A stretch of DNA of 63,223 bases, the filler included, from Phoronis australis (lineage: Eukaryota > Animalia > Phoronida), in the NCBI GenBank assembly GCA_002633005.1. It is 8 parts of 8 records of this genome, joined end to end, with 100 filler letters (N's around TTAATTAATTAA, not from the genome) between each part and the next. Parts side by side here need not be neighbours in the genome. Positions count along the whole stretch, not along the records: positions 21,101 to 39,623 come from NMRA01000366.1; positions 39,724 to 44,320 come from NMRA01001486.1; positions 44,421 to 54,001 come from NMRA01001804.1; 5 more parts are not named here. One strand, given 5' to 3'. The notes below the pieces were generated by a model, which saw only the letters and a list, made by a program, of their open reading frames with translations, was not told where the DNA came from and did no database searches. Of this stretch, positions 37,301-48,131 are shown piece by piece. The translations under genes were made by a program, and so were the position numbers. The stretch's first letter is position 1, and each line of letters opens with the position of its first letter.

Positions 37301-38846
37301 TCTCTGCAGATGTTTAGCAAAATATAAATCACTTAGAGATGTTGCATTGATGATTCTAAGGTTGCGAACTGCATACTGTGGCCCTTTGTCAACAAATGGC
37401 TGGTTGTCGTACTTCCTGGTCACGTAATGGAGATAACAACCAGCCATTTGTTGACAAAGCACCATAGAGTGTGGTTTTGAAATTTTTGGTATTGTTAATA
37501 CAACATCCGAGTAAGTGATATTAAACGGATAAGTCAAGTTTCGCATATTTTAGCCTCACGTGCACATTAATCATGGATGTAGGGGCAGTTTCGCATGCAG
37601 ACCCCTGTTTTTAAATCCTCGCACATACAGTAAGTGTAACATGGTGTGTTGTTTCAGCTGGAGGTGGCTAGTCACATTGGCAGCCCGCACCTTGTCACCA
37701 GAGCTCTGGGCGTTTGTTGCGAAGAGTTGGAGAAATTCACCAAGAGCTACTTGAGTAAGTGTACCAGTCAATCTCATTGCATCTCAATATTAGGAATTAC
37801 TTATGTAAAGCACTTTGATGTTGATTGCAATGCTAAAATCAATGATTTACTTTGGTTGAAGCAAAAAATATCAATCATACCTTCTGGAACTTCCTGGAAA
37901 TTAGCTTTCCCGATGGAGGGGTCAGATTTAGGTTATCTGACTCATGGTCCAGGGCCTTGCAGTCGATATCTATGAACACCAGCACAGGGTGACAAAATTT
38001 TTGTGGGAACAAGTCAGTTATCAATCCGCAGAAGGAGCTAGGTCGCTGCAACAAGGAATTAACTGTTTTGCAGTACGTTTCAACAGTTATGATTTATATT
38101 TTTTCATATCTTTAGTAATTCACGTGTATGAATGATAAAGTTCATAATCTATTATTATTTGCTTGTTGTTTTAAATATGGCAATCTCTCTTAATTACGAC
38201 CACGAAAAAAATAACTTCCTGAACCGTTCGTAGCTCAAAAATACCAGCATTCATGGTCTAGTGGTTTTCATATGTTGAAGAATGTTTGTCTGCACCCATT
38301 GCACTTGTGTTCGTATTTCAAGAGAGGTTGAAATTTACTGTAAAAACGCATGCTGGCGACTACAAAACAAGGTTTCCTGACAATCCTTCATTCTAACCTC
38401 TGAGTCATCTGCAAGTACTATTGAATTCCTCTTTCAAATGACGCCAGCATGAAAAAAATGTCCTTGCAAACTCGTATGTAAGAACTGTGAAATGTACCAT
38501 TTTAAATACCAATGACAAATGATGCATGCGAATGAGTTCATTGATGCTTGGTTCGATGCGTTCACAAATTATGTGTATGTGTTCTGTGGTTGTTATCTAA
38601 GATTTTTTGTCCATGAAGTTACATATATATATGTATAATTATGGTTCAGTTTTTTGTGCAGATAATTGTGTGGTTCCTGTGTACTAAATGTAGCGTGTAA
38701 TTGGATATTGTGTTGTATACACGGTGGTGCGAATAATGAGGCTCTACAAATTATCGTTCATTTGTTTTCTTGCAGATGAGCTAAAGATTTTCAAAGAAGG
38801 TCACCTTGTCGATCGTACTAAGCCAAGATATTATGTCCACTATGTG
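28270..38846 (+). CDS. EXOC3: Exocyst complex component 3 (Sec6), partial gene with 12 internal exons; 5' and 3' exons not found on this scaffold
   Basis: Exons 28270-28360, 28823-29005, 30602-30750, 32141-32254, 33254-33359, 33864-33947, 34336-34409, 34924-35019, 35232-35298, 36747-36839, 37658-37754 and 38776-38846 are all AG..GT bounded and phase-compatible. The joined peptide (HSQLAAAVENLKHIF..KQLWLILQRTL..RIIEREE..QTGFIPPGRPK..ESDKMWLVKHLE..FPPDY..NEIVTLLSW..QPEADGNGFFTTQLP) is collinear with vertebrate EXOC3 as I recall it. Confidence 0.97.
28823..29005 (+). CDS. EXOC3: EXOC3 exon (LAAAVENLKHIFTVPE...QQSPTDKN)
   Basis: ttctag / gtaagc boundaries, 183 nt, open frame. Confidence 0.95.
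29525..30013 (+). mobile_element. Second HINE-like copy, in an EXOC3 intron
   Basis: Closely similar to 12948-13445; ends at a single N (30014). Confidence 0.8.
30602..30750 (+). CDS. EXOC3: EXOC3 exon (MVNQYFKD...RIIEREE)
   Basis: cttcag / gtgaga boundaries, 149 nt. Confidence 0.95.
30889..31478. mobile_element. piggyBac-like MITE in an EXOC3 intron
   Basis: TTAA|CCCTTATCCTGC ... GCAGGATAAGGG|TTAA. Confidence 0.85.
32141..32254 (+). CDS. EXOC3: EXOC3 exon (TDKAQVRRKEQTGFIPPGRPKCW...)
   Basis: ttccag / gtgagt boundaries, 114 nt. Confidence 0.95.
33254..33359 (+). CDS. EXOC3: EXOC3 exon (IQSSQVDFRESDKMWLVKHLE...VAK)
   Basis: ctctag / gtaacc boundaries, 106 nt. Confidence 0.95.
33864..33947 (+). 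CDS. EXOC3: EXOC3 exon (TLCPAVFPPDYDIGKCYVDMYHRSISTH)
   Basis: ctccag / gtaagt boundaries, 84 nt. Confidence 0.93.
34336..34409 (+). CDS. EXOC3: EXOC3 exon (VCRLIEDVLEGNEIVTLLSWLNNY)
   Basis: aactag / gtgagt boundaries, 74 nt. Confidence 0.93.
34582..34883 (+). mobile_element. hAT-like MITE in an EXOC3 intron; inverted relative at 42536-42854
   Basis: CAGGCCCTC...GAGGGCCCTG termini with TACCA on both flanks; interior aligns with the reverse complement of 42536-42854. Confidence 0.7.
34924..35019 (+). CDS. EXOC3: EXOC3 exon (GKDMMGHFTLKIDVQQLGPLLPPKEVTSLEN)
   Basis: ttacag / gtaagt boundaries, 96 nt. Confidence 0.92.
35232..35298 (+). CDS. EXOC3: EXOC3 exon (YLSNMKKNFDEWMNNSLQADKN)
   Basis: attcag / gtgagt boundaries, 67 nt. 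Confidence 0.92.
35300..35688 (+). repeat. 19-bp minisatellite (TGACCCTTACCTGAGTATA)n starting at an EXOC3 5' splice site; spans an N gap (35437-35590)
   Basis: Perfect period-19 copies on both sides of the gap. Confidence 0.97.
36747..36839 (+). CDS. EXOC3: EXOC3 exon (DWDRDQQPEADGNGFFTTQLPVLLCQMIEQN)
   Basis: ctctag / gtaagc boundaries, 93 nt. Confidence 0.95.
37658..37754 (+). CDS. EXOC3: EXOC3 exon (LEVASHIGSPHLVTRALGVCCEELEKFTKSYL)
   Basis: tttcag / gtaagt boundaries, 97 nt. Confidence 0.92.
38776..38846 (+). CDS. EXOC3: EXOC3 exon (ELKIFKEGHLVDRTKPRYYVHYV)
   Basis: ttgcag / gtgagt boundaries, 71 nt. Confidence 0.92.
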
Positions 38847-39723
38847 GTGAGTTTGTTTCAGTGGTCAGTTTAAACTTTCTTTTACAGGGTAAGGCTCCGC
38901 AATGCGTGGCACTCACAAGTAAACATCAATATGGTAACGTGCTTCACTTGTAACATATGCCAAGATCTACTGAAGACGAGGCGTCATCTCACTTTTCTCA
39001 CCAGAATCTTACCATGCGGACAACTATTTTGAACCACACAGAGGCAAATTTAGTAACTGTTTGTCTATATGTGACTCATTCAAGAGTACATGAATACATG
39101 ATATCATGAAAATGGTGTTACCAACTTTCCCCTGACTTGTTCTGGTCTGTTTTTTTCCCAGTCGGGTGTCTATTCTTGTGTCTTCAGAACTCAGCGTTAA
39201 GTATTTCCAGTTGGTTTCTTCCAATCAAAAGATTCAAGGCTATATGGTGTGCTATTCAGTGTCTTATCACATTGCTGTGGGTATCTGTTAGCCTGGTGGA
39301 ACGGAACGGTTAATGTGCCTTTTTTGTTTCCAGCATTTCTTTGGTTGCTTCGTTCATATTCCCTTTTGAGGGATAATCCCCAAAATTATTTTGCAAACAA
39401 TTTTTCTATTACATTCTCACTTCATGTTCTCTTGTGATATCTCCAATGCCACGTGATTCGTTTGTCTAATTGTAATTGCTGACTACTACAAAGCTGGAAA
39501 TTTCTGTGATTTGAGTAATCAAGATAGATGATACTTCTATTTTTTCGCATTTCCAAGAGATTCTCAAGTGTTTTGTCTGTGGGTACCAGGAGCACAGTTC
39601 TGCTCATTGCATTCATGTCTTTANNNNNNNNNNNNNNNNNNNNNNNNNNNNNNNNNNNNNNNNNNNNTTAATTAATTAANNNNNNNNNNNNNNNNNNNNN
39701 NNNNNNNNNNNNNNNNNNNNNNN

Positions 39724-40013
39724 TGAGGTTGACCCTGGCCACCATCGTGCTCTCCTCACGCACGGCCAGGATGCGCATAGCGGCCAGGACCTCCGCCTCG
39801 GTCCTGCCGGTGAAGGAGATGCCTGCGGAGCGTGTCAAGTCCTTTCGTAGCGACTCGTCACAGCACTCAAGGAGTTGTATGATGCGGTCTTTTCCTTGAA
39901 GTTCAGTTGCCTCTATATAGTCACCCCAATGTGATAAAAAGTACGACCATTCCTCACTAGTGCCGGAAGACTGTATGGTTGGCCGTCTCAGCTTTTCCGA
40001 GGCTATAGGTTTT
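39724..40013 (-). mobile_element. Gypsy-type LTR retrotransposon gag N-terminal fragment
   Basis: Open minus frame KLRRPTIQSSGTSEEWSYFLSHWGDYIEATELQGKDRIIQLLECCDESLRKDLTRSAG..LAVREESTMVARVNL, typical of invertebrate Gypsy gag; cut by the linker. Confidence 0.8.
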
Positions 40014-40339
40014 GTTGGTGTCTGATGAGACAGATCGTCTTCATAGATAAGTATTTGAACTTTTTCGAGCTTTATTTCAACGATTCAGTGCGTCTTGGAA
40101 TGAAGACGATCTACAACAAAGAGAAGGATAGCCTTCACTAAAATGCGAGGAAAATGAACGTAAAATTAATAGGCATTAATCGCTGCAACGTAGTGAAAAT
40201 GCTTCTAAAACACTTAAGTCTTATATCTGGCTTATACCTCTAAAAATGTCCATACAATGTCCAGAGAGAGAGAATGCTTTAATTTAGCGAGACTCGTTAG
40301 TCATGGAATCCACTTCCTGTCCGTGACTAGTGACCTCTA

Positions 40340-40605
40340 TTGGGTAAAGGTGAATATTCTATAGTGGTCTTGGGTCAGTGTGTACAACTGAGCTCGGGCT
40401 ACAATCGGGGCCTCTGCATGCACAGCCAATTTTTCCATGGAAGCCAGGATTACCTGAATGTCCATTGATGTCGGGGCCGTCAGAGTTGGATTTGGTTTCA
40501 CTGTGGTGCCAGTAGCCTTTACGTACTCATCCCATCGCGTAAAGAAATACTGCCAGACGGCCAAACTCACGTTGGTGGTGATGGACGGCCGGTTAACTCG
40601 ATCTT
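40340..40605 (-). mobile_element. Second, more diverged gag fragment of the same type
   Basis: RPSITT..WQYFFTRWDEYVKAT..MEKLAVHAEAPIVARAQL parallels 39724-40013. Confidence 0.7.
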
Positions 40606-41124
40606 GATGCTGGCCCTGGCTGGGCGGTGTGGGGTATTTTTAGGAGTTCAACGGCTAGTGTTACCTCGTTGTCGCCAGTCTCATAGCTGCACCCGGGGTA
40701 AGGACACTGTACGGTGGGCATCGTGAGGAGTCTCTAGTTTGGAGGATTAGCAGTCACGATCATAGAAAATAACTTGCAAGTATTTTTTCACTGTTTATTG
40801 ATGACAGCAAACTACGAATGATCGTTACCTGAAAGAAGAGAGACAGGGGGTAAATACTAGGTCGCTGATAATGATATTTGAGATGGGATTATAATAGGTT
40901 AACAATGCTAGAGATGTGCTAAGACTTCTATAAATGAGGGAATCTTACCGCTAATTAAACAATAGGCTTGGAGACAAGGAACATGGTGGCTGAGGCGAAT
41001 AGCAAGCGCCATCTATTTGTTATAATTCTCTACCCTACCAATAGACCATGTGAAGTGCTGCACTGAAAAAATGCCGTCGTCAAAATGAAAACTTAAGCCA
41101 GGTTGATTACTTTCCTTGATTAAC

Positions 41125-41460
41125 TCATTAAGAGGTTCTGTTGTGGAAGATAGGATCGGCAAAAATTTGCAGGTATGTTACCGTACCAATCGGAGTTCGC
41201 ACATTGTCTACCGATTTGGGCTCTGGCATTTGAGTGACTGCTCGGGCTTTCTCTGGTGAATTCTTTACACCGTCATCTGTTAGCACATGACTAACATACT
41301 CGACTTTAGCTTGACACAATTTTGTTTACTCTGGATTAACATGAGATTGTGTAGCTCTTGTTTAAGATGTGCGTTGTGCAATTCAAGACTGGGAGTGTGA
41401 GTGAGCAAGTCACCCATAGCAATTTTTACACCATCTATGTCACCAAACATTTCCATCATG
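41125..41460 (-). mobile_element. Gypsy pol remnant (end of RT / connection domain)
   Basis: CQAKVEYVSHVLTDDGVKNSPEKARAVTQMPEPKSVDNVRT.IGTVTYL. Confidence 0.8.
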
Positions 41461-41729
41461 GCTCTGCACTATTTTTTTGCCAAACTGTTCGTCTAAATAT
41501 GGCAAAGCATCATCATTGTCTCAACAGGAACTTAATTATATGAATATCCATCAAAGAACTCCAAAAATACAGCAGCAAACACAGAAAATACAGAAAATAA
41601 CATTTTCACTAGGGAACATTTTCACTAGGGAGCACATCAGTAGTAAGAATGATTGAAAAATCCTAGTCGTGTTCACATCTTCATATAGGAACTTGTGTGC
41701 CACTGAGGGAGGGGTTAGGAGACACCATA

Positions 41730-41927
41730 CAGACCCTATTCACGCGGCGGCCATTAAGATCCAAAGCGAGGCTCACTGCGATGAACAAAGCGAAAGTAGA
41801 TATTGCGTGAGTTAAATGGCCGGTCTTTAGAGTCCAACCTGGATATTAAATTTTAATGATGTGTCGACAATTAAACACAGAGATGTAGAAAATTACATTA
41901 GAGAACAAGTTAAGGCGCCAAAGAGTT
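41730..41927 (+). repeat. Copy of the repeat family at 13719-13917
   Basis: AGACCCTATTCACG...AAGGCGCCAAAGAGTT matches the reverse complement of 13719-13917. Confidence 0.85.
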
Positions 41928-42535
41928 GTCTGACGAAAGGGTCTAATTTTTTTTGGAAAACTAGGTTCGAAACATGAAAAGTAAATATGACCAAATTGCG
42001 GCGATCGTAGTGTTACGGATTAGGTATTATNATTATGCTGAATGCAGGGTTACTTTTTTCTTGTAAATTGTTGATCAAAATACTTTCTACGCGGACCAGG
42101 TCATCTGTTCTTATTGTTGACGAGTTGAAGACATATTCGACAATGGTGTATGTCATGTGCAATTAGTTACATATGGTTTAATTTGTTGATCAAGTTTATT
42201 AACATCAAGCATAGCCTGATCCTATGCACTCCCTGGGACTAACAGTTGATTTGTCATTGATCTGAAAGAATAATTGATGTTATTAAATATATTTTTTATT
42301 AAAATAATAAACCAGACTCGTAATTGAAAATAAAATTATTTGACCATCAATTCTGCTTCAAGTTCTTGGTTGTAATAATTCTTACGTCTATTTCATGTGT
42401 TAGATTTCAAGTATCAATTTGGACCAAGTTGAATTTTAAAATTAAAACACCTAATTCGTTCGTATAAAACGTAACCTCGTTTTAGAACTCAAGTTCAGTT
42501 AACTGGACAATGAAATCATAGTTATCATGTTTCTG

Positions 42536-42854
42536 CAGAAACCTCGTTCATCCGAGGGGAAAGGTGCTAGTGCCTACTGAGAGGCGATTTTTTCGCCGAG
42601 TGAGGGCGGGAACAGTCTACCTCCCGATCACCATCAATAGCACCCCCGCCCTGTTGCAAGCTCTCATAGGCTCTGTCTCATTTTAAAGTAGCCTTTTGTG
42701 CTCTTACGATTGTCACCTGTGTGGTTACAGGTTATGTGAACTCACTAGGGGAATTTTTGTGCCTCGTGGGGGGAATTTCGCGTGATATTTCAATATTTTT
42801 GAGAGGGGAATAGGGCCGATATTGGGCACTACATTTGAGGGATTGAGGGCTCTG
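42536..42854 (-). mobile_element. Relative of the MITE at 34582-34883
   Basis: GGGTGCTATTGAT, GCACCTTTCCCCTC and AAAAATATTGAAA blocks are shared in inverted orientation. Confidence 0.7.
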
Positions 42855-44818
42855 TCCTTTTTGGAAAGAAAAATTATAATGTTTCAACCCGTAGCAGAAG
42901 CGGATCCAGGATTTTGAATTAGGGGGAGGGAGAGCCACAGGAATAAGCAGCATTTCGGCAGATGCGCGCACCCAGCCTAAAATCTGGGGAAGCAGGGGTC
43001 TTGAATTCTTGGATTTGCGGACCTGTTGACTAAAAAAAACGGTAAACGGCATTCAGCGCCTATGCGTTGTTTATTCACCCCCCAAGACCCCCTGGTTGCG
43101 CACGTGTGCCAGTCAGAATAAGTACAATAAACGTAAGTCAACTGTGACCTAAAAGAAACTATACAAATTGGAAACAAACCTATACTTTAAATTGAAAAAA
43201 AAAAATCTTTACTCTAGTATTATCAAAAAGAATGGTACTTTATTATGTTCACCAAATAATGTAACAGGATACATTACATACAGTAAATTTTAAGATACAC
43301 CGCAAGTGCTATTTTGTTTGTTGATAAGTTTTTTATTAACACAGTTTTTTAATTCCATTGTTCCATTACCTGTGCGCCTCAAACTGCTTGAGATCAGAAC
43401 ATGGCAATTAAATTTCACAAAGACTGTGGAGACTTGAGGCCAGCTAGAGGTCATACTATGCAGTAATATGACACAAACAGTAAATTAAACACTCGACTTT
43501 ATTGACTGTAATCTCAAATGAACGTCCTCGTCCTCGCTTACGGTAAATAGTAAGGTTGTGAACAAACAAAAAATATGCTTTTGACGTGTTATTATTAAAA
43601 CAACATATGGTTATAACAAACAAAATTCAAGTGACTCAGTGACTCAAACTACCTCAGGTAAACTAAGAGAATAGAGAATCATTTTCAAATTGGCTAATTT
43701 GCAAATCTCAGCCAAGTCCTGTTTACTTGTAGATGGTGGCAATGTCTTAAAAGTGCTCCGGCGGGTTTTTGTTAAACATGTTTACACTTAGTCTAATTAA
43801 ATGTTTTCTGCTGGTTTAGGTCAATGCAGCTTGCAAAAGTATCCACAGTCAAATATGACCTGCTATCAACCCAGGAATTCCAATACAAAACTGTACTTTG
43901 AATACAAACAAAACAGATGATAGGTCAATCCTGTTTACTTCTGTACACAGAGGGGTTCTTATAATTACGATTGATAAAATATAACTAATAGTATTACATA
44001 CCCTCCCAACACAGGTGAAAGTAACTGCATTAGAATTGCAAGTAAAAGACATTTTCTAAGACCTTAATAACGCTTGATGAGAACATGGCACTAGCACATG
44101 TCCATGTCCCTTGTACAGCTAATGGTAGGTTCCTTAAGAGAATGCTGTTGTAACAAAAACAAACCCAGCCCCCCTTGCCTCCCTCCCTGAACAAGCAATG
44201 GAATATGCTTCAAAAGTACAGACACCAAGTGATAAGACATTCAAATGTGTCCAGTGGAAGTACAGTGAGTTGGAGATGGGTGCTAGTCAAAAATACCAAG
44301 AGGGACAGTCAAGCAGAGGCNNNNNNNNNNNNNNNNNNNNNNNNNNNNNNNNNNNNNNNNNNNNTTAATTAATTAANNNNNNNNNNNNNNNNNNNNNNNN
44401 NNNNNNNNNNNNNNNNNNNNTATTTTAGTTCCCATATGTGACCTTATAGTTGTCTATAAGATGAGTATACACTGATAAAATTACACTTTGATAGCAGATC
44501 TGTCAAATTGACAGGTGTGCAAAATTAACTGAACAACAAATCATGGCCAACTGCCCATACATGACTTTAATGAAATGCGGCTTGCGGGCTGCCAACGTGA
44601 TCCAATTAATGGGTGACTGAGTTATATTGATGACATTTGTTTTTGGCCGTAATACGAATACGAACTTTAAAATCAGTGCATACATAAACAAAGACATTAG
44701 TCAACATTTTGGTTTTCGCCAAGCCATTCTCAAGACAATATGTTCTTCACAGTACTCCAGTCAGGTATCACAGGAGAGCAGTCTGCACAGGTACATATCA
44801 AAATGCATTGTGAGGATA

Positions 44819-46382
44819 GAGACCAGGGCCCGGTCTCCAATCTCCGTACTCAGACTCGAATCATGCTCAAACTCACACTTCATACTCAACTCGAGTACAG
44901 ACTCAGCTTTGGTGTATTCAATGTCATACTCGAAAAATCTGTACTCGAAATTTCGGGCACGTACTCAGTTTTCGAGTGTACTCGAACTGAAGTGTATCTC
45001 ATCTATATTTCGAGTACGATTTTGAGTAAAAATTCGGAGTCTATGCTCAAATTTCAAGTTTGGTATGGCAGTGTACTTGAAATCGTACTCGAAAATAAAT
45101 ACGAGCCAGAGAACAAAATATCGAAAGGGAACCAAGAAACACAGCAAATCTATGTATCTCATCTATATTTCGAGTACGATTTTGAGTAAAAATTCGGAGT
45201 CTATGCTCAAATTTCAAGTTTGGTATGGAAGTGTGCTTGAAATCGTACTCGAAAATAAATACGAGCCAGAGAACAAAATATCGAAAGGGAACCAAGAAAC
45301 ACAGCAAATCTAAAAAAAACAAGTCCTCTTACCGTATCTCAGCACTTCAATTTCAGTTCAGAGATAATAGTTTTCATCTTAAATCTTCTTATTCTTCATC
45401 TTATTAACCCGCCGTATCATTGTATGTTATGGCCGCCATTCTACCTCTACAATTCCTGGCAACAGGCGCATTGTAATCCCTTGTCGCCGAGTCATAACAA
45501 GCGTCGAAAGCACTTGTGGGAAAAGTCGTGTGAGAAGTTTGTGCTGCCCTTATTTCGGTATGTGTGCCTACGTTTTGTAGGGTTTCCAAAAGACGAGGAG
45601 GGGAGGAAAGTTAAAAAAAGTTCGCTTCCCTGTCAGGTACATTTCTCATCATAACTTAGTCATCTATAATTCCTCAATCCCCAAATGAAATTCCAGATTT
45701 TGTTTGACGATTTCTAAGTAGACGTCTCGTCCCGTTCACTGCCACTGGTGAACTCTGAAGGCCTGCACAAGTATTGTTTTTTAACTCACGTGCCAAATGT
45801 AAACTCACTTGATACATCCCGGTAAAATACAAAGATACAGTATCAAAGTTCTACATCAGCGTAGGCCTACACAGCAATGGGTTTTATGTCAAGACTAAAT
45901 TAGCAACATAGATGTGATGTGATAAGCTGTTACATATTTTTTAAGACATTTTCGGGACTGGGTGAGGAACTCAAGAAGTAAAGCTTAATAATTGCCAAAT
46001 GTATCAAAGAAATGGCATAAGAATATTTATTGAAACTAAAAAATGAATAACAGTTACAGGACACTCAGAATTCCACGTTATAGACATACTCTTGTAGTTG
46101 TAGCGACAGCAGACGATAATGTAGGCCTAGTTCTTGGGGTGGTCTATTCCAATAGGGAGCGATGAATCAGCGCGGCTTTGCGTGATTTTGAATTTCACAT
46201 CATAAAGAGTTCCATAGCAACTCGAGTATGAGTGTCAGATTTGAGTACGTTTGGAGTCTACTCGAAATACGACATTAGATACGCTTTTTTGAGTACGACT
46301 CCAGTGAGCACGATTTTGAGTATGAAATCTCGAGTATGAGTATGAGTCTGAGTACGGAGATTGGAGACCGGGCCCTGGTCTC
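44819..46382. mobile_element. Non-autonomous TIR element, 1564 bp, with perfect TIRs and TA flanks
   Basis: GAGACCAGGGCCCGGTCTCCAATCTCCGTACTCAGACTC is perfectly inverted at 46344-46382, with TA on both sides. Many subterminal TACTC/GAGTA motifs; internal 160-bp tandem duplication at 44993-45312. Confidence 0.85.
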
Positions 46383-48010
46383 TAAGGCCAAGCAAAGCAA
46401 AGTTGGTTCTGGGCTTTACCTCATCTTGTTTTGAGACCTGCTCTTTCCGCAAATATTAATTTCAACCAAAGTTTCTTGTTTTTTTTTTGAAAAATTGCAT
46501 GAAGACAAACAAACAACATTTAGCAAGGTTTGAAACACCATTATCCAAGCCATGAGTAAAAAACAAATCTCATATTGTTTTTGCTGGTCTAAGCTGTAAT
46601 TATTTTTGAAAATGAGAGCAAGAAACAAATACCGTACCACCGTTTTGATTTTGAAAACAAAAGCAGACTTGAACCAATTACGCTTTTATCAGCCCTTTTT
46701 TTATTCTGAATCAAACTCAATATTTTTGACATTTTTCATTCTACAACTGTCATTTTCAACTGTCTATTATTCTGTTTTCAAGTATTGTGATTTAGGCAGA
46801 TAACCATCTAGTCCTAGTTTGCACTTGATGTCCCCAGCATTTCCAGCATGTCAAGTCTGAAGTTGAGTTCAATTTGAGTACAAGATTAAGCCCCAGGTCC
46901 AAGACGCAGTATTGCATTCCTTTGCACAGTGCAGGTCACCGTTTTTTAATACGGAAACCTTTTTATAAGCACATGGTGTATGAGGTCTGACACTAATTCT
47001 AAAAACATTATTATGATGAAAGTTTTCCAGTTTGAGGTAGTCTCTAAAATTTGAGACAAAGAAATTCAAGCTGAAATTGAGTTTTCCTGATTCTAAAGAC
47101 TGAGGCGTGGCCAATATTGGCATTCATCATGTTTGTCAAATATCGAACATTGCTCTTTGTATCAACTGAAAATAGAACTGACAGGTGATAAAGTCGTTCA
47201 AAATAGCCACTTTCAGTGTATCTGTGTGTCCCCTATAGTGTGTAACAGCTGGGTGAATGATCGTTGGTTGTTCATCACAAGCCTTGAATTTGGAACGTCC
47301 AATATTGCAGAACTGAATGAGCTCCCACTGACCCAAACTGGAGTTTTTTTCACCATAATATTATCTTTAACATAGCTATGGTTAATTCCTTACAGGAAAT
47401 GAAGCATAATTATATTACACAGTTGGCTGTTAAATAAATGTGAGAAAATGTCTGATTGTAGCTTGAAGTACTGAGAATGGTGCAAACCTCAGCTCATTGG
47501 AATTCCATGCACTGATTAAGTAGTGTTAAAATTTATTTGCAAATAAAATTTAAACGGGAAAGGAATTACTGCCTTTGGTGTTACGTTTAATAGAAAGATA
47601 AATACCTGGATATTTTGGCGACATTTTTCCGGCACGTTAGTAATTAGTGTTCACTTCACATGTATTTAGATATACCCGAACCAATAAAAGGTGATGTGAA
47701 TGGCCCTGCAAATGACCTGCATCTTGGTTCTACATTTACTTCCAGTGAAAGTCAAATGACCTACATAGATGTGTTCAATAACACAACAGATACAGTGTCC
47801 CCCTCTAAGTGCTACATGTGTGTGCCCCTGTAGATGGATTTGAAAAATTAGTTTAGAGGTGACTGGACCAGTTTTTCTACATAGTCGGGCAAATGCTCTG
47901 TACACTAGTCGTTCTCTTTCTGTTGTCAGAGTTGTTGTTGAATAGTAAAAATTTCTATGATACCTGTGTTTTATCACAGACTTGAAGAACGCGATCTCGC
48001 TCCATTTCAG

Positions 48011-48131
48011 ACGCGCACATTGTAATCATGGCTCTGGGAATCCTCCAATTTATGTCAACGTGAACATGAAAAATGGCAAACTTGCGAACAACTGGATAGA
48101 TGCCCTGCAGGCAGCTTGGACTGGGGTGCAG
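48011..48131 (+). CDS. EDEM1: EDEM1 exon ([22 protein letters not shown]...WTGVQ)
   Basis: tttcag acceptor at 48009-48010 inferred from phase and similarity; CAG|gtgagt donor. Confidence 0.85.

Noticed and set aside
44627-45407. Several overlapping 60-149-aa ORFs
   Set aside because: They lie in the subterminal repeats and internal duplication of a non-autonomous TIR element; no transposase motifs.
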